In this document: piece by piece, positions 7,501-11,971 of the stretch
Layout of the letters: every line of letters starts with the position of its first letter
How positions within the stretch are numbered: the first letter of the stretch is position 1
Made by a program: the position numbers and the translations under genes
Origin: Pseudomonadota bacterium
GTDB lineage: Bacteria > Bdellovibrionota > Bdellovibrionia > Bdellovibrionales > SG-bin7
NCBI GenBank assembly: GCA_034439715.1
Contig: JAWXAY010000084.1
Coordinates: 1 to 11,971, forward strand
DNA length: 11,971 bases
Reading direction: 5' to 3'
The notes under the pieces: model-generated
What the model saw: only the letters and a program-made list of their open reading frames with translations
Database searches by the model: none
Told to the model about the DNA's origin: nothing

Positions 7501-7908
7501 TTATTCTGAAACGACCGCACGACAAAGGTAATCAGGAAACATATAACCATAAGACGTACATTCCATCGAAAGCACCGCCGAAACGCAAGTGTTGCCTTGA
7601 CAAACTGGCGCTTGAAACTCCACAAGGGATTTAAAAAGCGAGCGTGCCGGATTTCCTAAAACGGAATAAACTTGATTCACGTCGTTTTTGCTGGCCACAT
7701 TGCAGACAAATTCATTGGTTTCACCTAAATTATTTGAACAGCTGACTTGACCTGCCATAACTAAACACCGGCTGTCTGCGCAAACCGCTCCTAAGACTTT
7801 ATCAAGTCCCTTATACATGACTTTAGCTTCTGTACCTTCTTTGACAACTTCTGAAGCGCTCGCAGTACAAGCCAAACCCAGTGCCATTAACATTACTAAT
7901 TTTTTCAT
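7501..7908 (-). CDS. Secreted Cys-rich protein built from two tandem 60-aa four-Cys repeats
   Basis: AGGAGA SD, signal peptide ending ASA-, mature Cys at 43/48/57/69 and 103/108/117/129. Confidence 0.88.
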   Translation of the reverse strand: MKKLVMLMALGLACTASASEVVKEGTEAKVMYKGLDKVLGAVCADSRCLVMAGQVSCSNNLGETNEFVCNVASKNDVNQVYSVLGNPARSLFKSLVEFQAPVCQGNTCVSAVLSMECTSYGYMFPDYLCRAVVSE

Positions 7909-8076
7909 AAAATTTCTCCTAATTAGGGCTCAGGAGTATCCCTCTTTTATTACTCAGTCAATATTTTGGCGTCCTGTAAAAATTGCTAAACAACTCTTTC
8001 AATTGAACCTTTGTCTATTCCATGGAAGTAATCCTCCCACAGCAACTTTAATAATTTAATAACAGGGAGATCATTT

Positions 8077-8436
8077 ATGAAATTGAAAGTTTTAGGCCTA
8101 TTACTTCTGTCTACAGTGTCTTTGGCTGCTGAAGTTAAGAGCGCCAGTGTGATTGGTAAAAATATTCAGGTCGAAGTTGTTTATGGAGGGGGTTGCGGGG
8201 AGCACACATTTGATCTCAAGTTAAATCCTGCGTGTCTTGAGTCATTTCCAGTACAATGTTCTGCCCAGTTATATCATGATTCAAACGGCGATGTCTGTGA
8301 GGGTTTGGTTCATAAAAGTTTGATTTTTAGCATGAAAAAGATGGGTTTAGTAGATTCCTACTTTAGTCGCGCAAGTCTTACTATTACTGGTGATAATAAT
8401 AGCCGTGCAACGGTTACTTTGCCGGATTTTAATTAA
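8077..8436 (+). CDS. Secreted hypothetical protein with YGGGC..H.F.L / ES.P.Q / D.CE motifs
   Basis: AGGGAG SD, signal peptide MKLKVLGLLLLSTVSLA-, four Cys. The motif pattern recalls an uncharacterised exported beta-domain family also seen in Bacteroidota (from memory, unverified). Confidence 0.88.
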   Translation: MKLKVLGLLLLSTVSLAAEVKSASVIGKNIQVEVVYGGGCGEHTFDLKLNPACLESFPVQCSAQLYHDSNGDVCEGLVHKSLIFSMKKMGLVDSYFSRASLTITGDNNSRATVTLPDFN

Positions 8437-8453
8437 TATTTTTAGGAGTTATC

Positions 8454-8813
8454 ATGAAGCTAATCTCAATAATTTTTAGCGTCTTCATACTGTCAATCAT
8501 ATCAAGAGTCTCATCAGCAGATAATGTCCTTTACAATTGTCAGGGATACAGCAGCGAAGGGCTTGAGAACCCCGATATTACATTGTCAATTTCTGAGCAC
8601 GATAAACAGTTTTCTCTGAATCTAAAATTTGGAGAAAGCAATACATCCAGCATACGGATATTTAGAAAAAAACTGGGTGTAGGAGAGATTAGTTTCTACG
8701 ATACTTTTATTAATAAAAAAGAAACTATTAAGGTAAATGTGTTTATGGATGACATGGGATCAACTTCATCTTTGCTTTATAAAGGTAGTTCGTTTGACCT
8801 CACTTGTGGGTAA
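8454..8813 (+). CDS. Secreted hypothetical protein (119 aa), terminal Cys pair
   Basis: AGGAG SD, 17 nt after the previous stop, signal peptide ending SSA-, Cys29 (LYNC) and Cys118 (LTCG-stop). Confidence 0.85.
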   Translation: MKLISIIFSVFILSIISRVSSADNVLYNCQGYSSEGLENPDITLSISEHDKQFSLNLKFGESNTSSIRIFRKKLGVGEISFYDTFINKKETIKVNVFMDDMGSTSSLLYKGSSFDLTCG

Positions 8814-8833
8814 GAAGAAGAAAATCTTATTAG

Positions 8834-8866
8834 TGAACAGCAACAAAAAAGCTGTTCAGTTTTATA
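8834..8866 (+). terminator. Probable intrinsic terminator of the 8077-8813 operon
   Basis: Stem TGAACAGC / GCTGTTCA (8834-8841, 8851-8858), 9-nt loop, followed by GTTTTATA, 20 nt after the stop. Confidence 0.55.
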
Positions 8867-8904
8867 CTGTCGAAGGTACGATGTAGTTCCCACTACAAAC
8901 GACG

Positions 8905-8952
8905 TAAAAAAACGTAAAAAAAACGGGCACGCGCGTTTTAAGTGGCGTGCCC
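8905..8952 (-). terminator. Intrinsic terminator of the 8976..9317 gene
   Basis: GC-rich stem GGGCACGC / GCGTGCCC (8925-8932, 8945-8952) with plus-strand A-tracts on its left, i.e. U-tracts after the hairpin on the minus strand. Confidence 0.75.
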
Positions 8953-8975
8953 CTCCAAAAAAATCAGTGAGTATT

Positions 8976-9317
8976 CTAGAGCGTTTCTTTTTGAATTTCA
9001 CATTCAACGCGAAATCCTGGGGCATCAGAGGGTGGATTATTAATTCTAATTCGCGAAACGTGAAGAGTAGTTACGTATTCTGAAGTCGTGAAACCACTTT
9101 GGCGAAAAAACTTATAGCTAAATCGTGAACCAGCACGGTCACTGAAAAACTTGCCGCTACCAATCCACTCACCCTTTTGGGTAACTTGGGCGACTTCCTT
9201 GGGACACTGAAGTAGCCAATTCAACGTGGTCACCTCATCGTTCGATAAATCTCTCATCGAAGAGGCATAGGAAACTGAAGAAAAAACTAGGCTTGCTAAA
9301 ATCAGGGACATTTTCAT
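8976..9317 (-). CDS. Secreted hypothetical protein (113 aa), one Cys pair
   Basis: AAAGGAAG SD, signal peptide MKMSLILASLVFSSVSYA-, Cys38 and Cys106. Confidence 0.85.
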   Translation of the reverse strand: MKMSLILASLVFSSVSYASSMRDLSNDEVTTLNWLLQCPKEVAQVTQKGEWIGSGKFFSDRAGSRFSYKFFRQSGFTTSEYVTTLHVSRIRINNPPSDAPGFRVECEIQKETL

Positions 9318-9394
9318 AAATACTTCCTTTCAAATTATTGGTTAACTAACGCGCCATTTATAGCATGTTAGTTATTGATTCCAAAAGTATTTAT
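9316..9394. promoter_or_regulatory. Nested inverted repeats upstream of the 9317 gene (operator or RBS-sequestering leader)
   Basis: Outer arms ATAAATACTT (9316-9325) / AAGTATTTAT (9385-9394). Inner arms TAACTAAC (9343-9350) / GTTAGTTA (9367-9374). Confidence 0.5.
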
Positions 9395-9422
9395 TGTGAT
9401 GAGACTCAATCATTTCAAATAC

Positions 9423-10502
9423 TCAACCAAGCTTGATAAGCCCTGCTTTGACCTGTAACGCATTTGGCGGCAGTTTTTTTCTAAGTTTAGAGAGCAGGGC
9501 GCGCAGATGCATATCGTGGCGCTCTTTATCATATTTGAGATCGTAGACATCGGTAAAAAGATCTTCGAGGGTTTTCTCACCTCTTAAAAGACAGATTAGC
9601 ACCTTACTTAAAGTTGGCGAGTTCTCAAAACGGCTGATCGATTTTGGGTTTGTAATTAATAGTACACCCAGGCCTTCAAGAAAGTTGATATTTTTTGATT
9701 TCAATTCGACTTCGCCAAGATCTTTTAAATCTCTGCGACACCTTTCTGTCATTTCCAAATCACCTAACCAGAGTGCTATGGCCAAGGTCTCGTGCAAAAG
9801 ACTGCGCAGCTCCTGCACCTTTCCCTGTCTTTTTAGATAATGACAATAACCCCTGGCTACCAACAAGTTTCGGGCGAGCCAGATTTCATCCTGCTTAATT
9901 CCGCGAAGTTTTTGTTTCAGATAATCCAGAATTTCTTTAGCTTCAGAAAATTTGTTTTGTTCTGACTTAATTTTTACTAGGTGGGCTCCGGCAACATACG
10001 AAGAAATCACAAAGGGCATGTAGTCCAAATAATTCAAAGATTTTTTTAAGTTTGAAACAGCACGGTCGGTATGCCCCAAATGATAGTAAGACTGCCCCAG
10101 AAGTTCATAGCTCGTGATCTTTGTTGTTAGTAACACGTCCCTATCCACGATAAGGTGCTGTAGGATTTCCTTTGAAATGCCGTATTCTAGTGTATAAAAG
10201 TAATATCTGGCTCTCTCTAGCGAGAGTTCAGACCGCTCTTCTATACTTTCGGTCACACACGAATCTATCATCTCTTTTGCCTTTTTATAGTCTTCGTTGG
10301 CGATATGTGTGCGAATAGCCTCTAGCTGCTCCGTAAATGACTCGTAACCAGATTTTCTTTGCACTTCACTAGCCAAATCCACACGGCCACGCACGTCGCG
10401 TAGGTAATAGGATACAAGTTCAGCTGAGCCTTGATCTGCCAAAGAAATAGCGGCATCACCGGTTTTTGCGATATTCATTTCAAATTTCATTTGTTTGTTC
10501 AT
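9423..10502 (-). CDS. TPR-like repeat protein with C-terminal winged-helix DNA-binding domain (putative transcription regulator)
   Basis: Helical repeats (LERARYYFYTLEYGISKEIL; ELLGQSYYHLGHTDRAVSNLKKSL; QNKFSEAKEIL). The C-terminus KVLICLL...TLEDLFTDVYD...HLRALLSKLRKKLPP..LQVKAG resembles OmpR/PhoB-type wHTH. No receiver domain evident. Confidence 0.78.
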   Translation of the reverse strand: MNKQMKFEMNIAKTGDAAISLADQGSAELVSYYLRDVRGRVDLASEVQRKSGYESFTEQLEAIRTHIANEDYKKAKEMIDSCVTESIEERSELSLERARYYFYTLEYGISKEILQHLIVDRDVLLTTKITSYELLGQSYYHLGHTDRAVSNLKKSLNYLDYMPFVISSYVAGAHLVKIKSEQNKFSEAKEILDYLKQKLRGIKQDEIWLARNLLVARGYCHYLKRQGKVQELRSLLHETLAIALWLGDLEMTERCRRDLKDLGEVELKSKNINFLEGLGVLLITNPKSISRFENSPTLSKVLICLLRGEKTLEDLFTDVYDLKYDKERHDMHLRALLSKLRKKLPPNALQVKAGLIKLG

Positions 10503-10505
10503 ATT

Positions 10506-11750
10506 CTACTCTGGATAGACCAAAAGTTGGGGTTGAATGTATGGTCCGATTTTTAGTCCAGGTCCGCCGCCGCCTTTTGTTCCACCGTGAAATAGACTCG
10601 TATTTTCGTTTTGTATAAAAATATTTGTGATAGCCGCGCGATCTTTAAAAAACGATGACTCACCATATGTACTGCAATCAAGGTCTTCTTTTGGAAGTGT
10701 CAGCCAATTGATAAAGGGTGATCCATTCTGCACGACTTCAAAGGTGTGTCTGCAACCTTTTAGAAATCTCGATGTTCTTTCTCCAAAAGTACTATAAAAC
10801 TTATTATGAAGGTCGCGATAAATCTTTTGATCGCCATTATCATCCTGATAGAGAAAATCAAGGTCACCAAAATAACCTATTTCAATTGCGCGAGCAAACT
10901 TTTGGAGAAATCTTAAATCCACCTGAATTGCGGGGTTAAAATTATGGTACTTTTTTAGTATGGGAAGTTCATGAAATTCTGTATCTCGCTGCCTAAGTGT
11001 TTTATCCTGAGACCAATCGTCGATTTTGGGCAGGAGGTATTCGAAAGCATGCCTCAAGTTCATAAAAAGAGTCATCGTAGTCATATGAAAGACTATTTTT
11101 AGGCCCTGTTCGGTCACCTTGCCCGCTTTGTTTTGTTTAACATCCAACCATTCGGCATTTTGCTCCAGCCGCAAAATATACCAATTAGCTTGGGCTTCAT
11201 AAAAAAAACGTAGGTAATCTACTAATTGATCTTGTCTAATTTTAATGCCGTCGGGAGAGCCCTCTTGAGCATACCTGTAGAGAATTTCGATATCTAAGGG
11301 AAACCGATAAATATATTGGACCGCATGAATTAATTCATGGAAAAACCAAATGGCATTTTCTTTATTTACCGATTCAACATCGACTAATAGGTAATGGGAC
11401 AGAGGTAAATATACAGCAACTAGCTCACTACAGCGATTTCCAGTTGTACAGTGCATGCGTGGAATAGCGAGCTTTTCTCGTAAATCAGGAGTCAGTTTTC
11501 GCACTCTTTTTTCGGCCAATAGCCTTTGCCAGGTAGCAACCAGGAGTAACCGAAGCCCACGTTCTTGCTTATTAAGAAATACATTGTGTTCAATAAAATA
11601 AAGCTCTTCTTCAGTGAAATTTGGGAGTTCGGACGAGAGTAGGACTTCGACTTCAAATTTACCTCTGTCCAGCATGCCACCTAGGTCACTGTCTGCACGA
11701 GCGAGCGAACCAAAGAGGCCTAAAATAAGAAGTGTGGAAATGGCTTTCAT
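10506..11750 (-). CDS. Secreted putative zinc metallopeptidase (HEXXH...E, gluzincin-like)
   Basis: ATG at 11750 gives signal peptide MKAISTLLILGLFGSLARA- (track start is TTG at 11771). FFHELIHAVQY at 11325-11339, preceded by AVY...LLVD strands, and YEAQAN 43 aa after the second His. The stop lies 3 nt before the TPR-wHTH start. Confidence 0.7.
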   Translation of the reverse strand: MKAISTLLILGLFGSLARADSDLGGMLDRGKFEVEVLLSSELPNFTEEELYFIEHNVFLNKQERGLRLLLVATWQRLLAEKRVRKLTPDLREKLAIPRMHCTTGNRCSELVAVYLPLSHYLLVDVESVNKENAIWFFHELIHAVQYIYRFPLDIEILYRYAQEGSPDGIKIRQDQLVDYLRFFYEAQANWYILRLEQNAEWLDVKQNKAGKVTEQGLKIVFHMTTMTLFMNLRHAFEYLLPKIDDWSQDKTLRQRDTEFHELPILKKYHNFNPAIQVDLRFLQKFARAIEIGYFGDLDFLYQDDNGDQKIYRDLHNKFYSTFGERTSRFLKGCRHTFEVVQNGSPFINWLTLPKEDLDCSTYGESSFFKDRAAITNIFIQNENTSLFHGGTKGGGGPGLKIGPYIQPQLLVYPE

Positions 11751-11816
11751 ACTATCTAGCTTAAATAGCAATTTCTCTACCCACTCTTCTCAGCCACAGC
11801 TCAACTAATGGCCCTA

Positions 11817-11839
11817 AACCGTCGAGATTATTGACGGTT
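11817..11839. promoter_or_regulatory. Inverted repeat upstream of the peptidase/regulator operon
   Basis: AACCGTC-gagattatt-GACGGTT, perfect 7-bp arms, about 70 nt upstream of the ATG at 11750. Confidence 0.35.
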
Positions 11840-11971
11840 GGCTGCTTTTTGTCTCGTCGTAGTTTTTCTTGAGGTTAAATAAATTGGGGACATCGGCGGG
11901 TATTTTTGAGTATCTCGCTGTACTGACTTGGATTTTAGTACTGGTATGGGCTTCGCAGTGGAGAAAAGAGA

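Noticed and set aside
7867..7908. Lipoprotein call for the 7501..7908 protein (Cys14), and likewise Cys22 of the GNAT-like protein
   Set aside because: GLAC and SVIC are poor lipoboxes, and clear signal peptidase I sites (ASA, LGA) follow.
8882..8923. Small hairpin TGTAGT-tccc-ACTACA and ACGTAAAAAA duplication as a REP/CRISPR remnant
   Set aside because: Single short elements between two terminators, with no repeat-spacer periodicity or second copy in the window.
4326..11808. Other short ORFs in the track (4326, 6013, 6137, 6519, 6727, 7443, 7817, 8777, 9695, 10718, 11492, 11614)
   Set aside because: They overlap better-supported CDS in other frames or strands, or run across terminators, and have no motifs.
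11772..11971. Partial CDS at the right edge (plus-strand TTG 11884 or ATG 11946, or minus-strand frames ending near 11814 or 11828)
   Set aside because: Several short frames are open and none can be preferred without flanking sequence.

Overview
Roughly 40% GC bacterial chromosomal window that looks like a predatory Bdellovibrionota (Bdellovibrio-like) genome. This is inferred from the MAT/tail-fibre-type N-terminus at the left edge, the sigma28-type promoter in front of it and the density of small secreted proteins. It holds 12 complete CDS plus a partial one missed by the ORF track (1..151, minus): an orphan MEDS-PAS histidine kinase, a circularly permuted ATP-grasp ligase, a GNAT-like acyltransferase, a TetR regulator with a palindromic operator, a CNNM/CBS transporter, five small Cys-containing secreted proteins, a TPR/winged-helix regulator and an HEXXH metallopeptidase-like protein. 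Nine of the 13 proteins have apparent Sec signal peptides. The most striking feature is a convergent, overlapping pair of normally cytoplasmic enzymes (ATP-grasp and GNAT-like). Both carry a signal peptide, and each has its only mature-chain cysteine in a terminal S-C-x-S-x-F motif. They are candidate prey-delivered effectors with a shared sorting tag (inference). No rRNA, tRNA, CRISPR array or mobile element was recognised. All family calls come from reading motifs by eye, with no database search.
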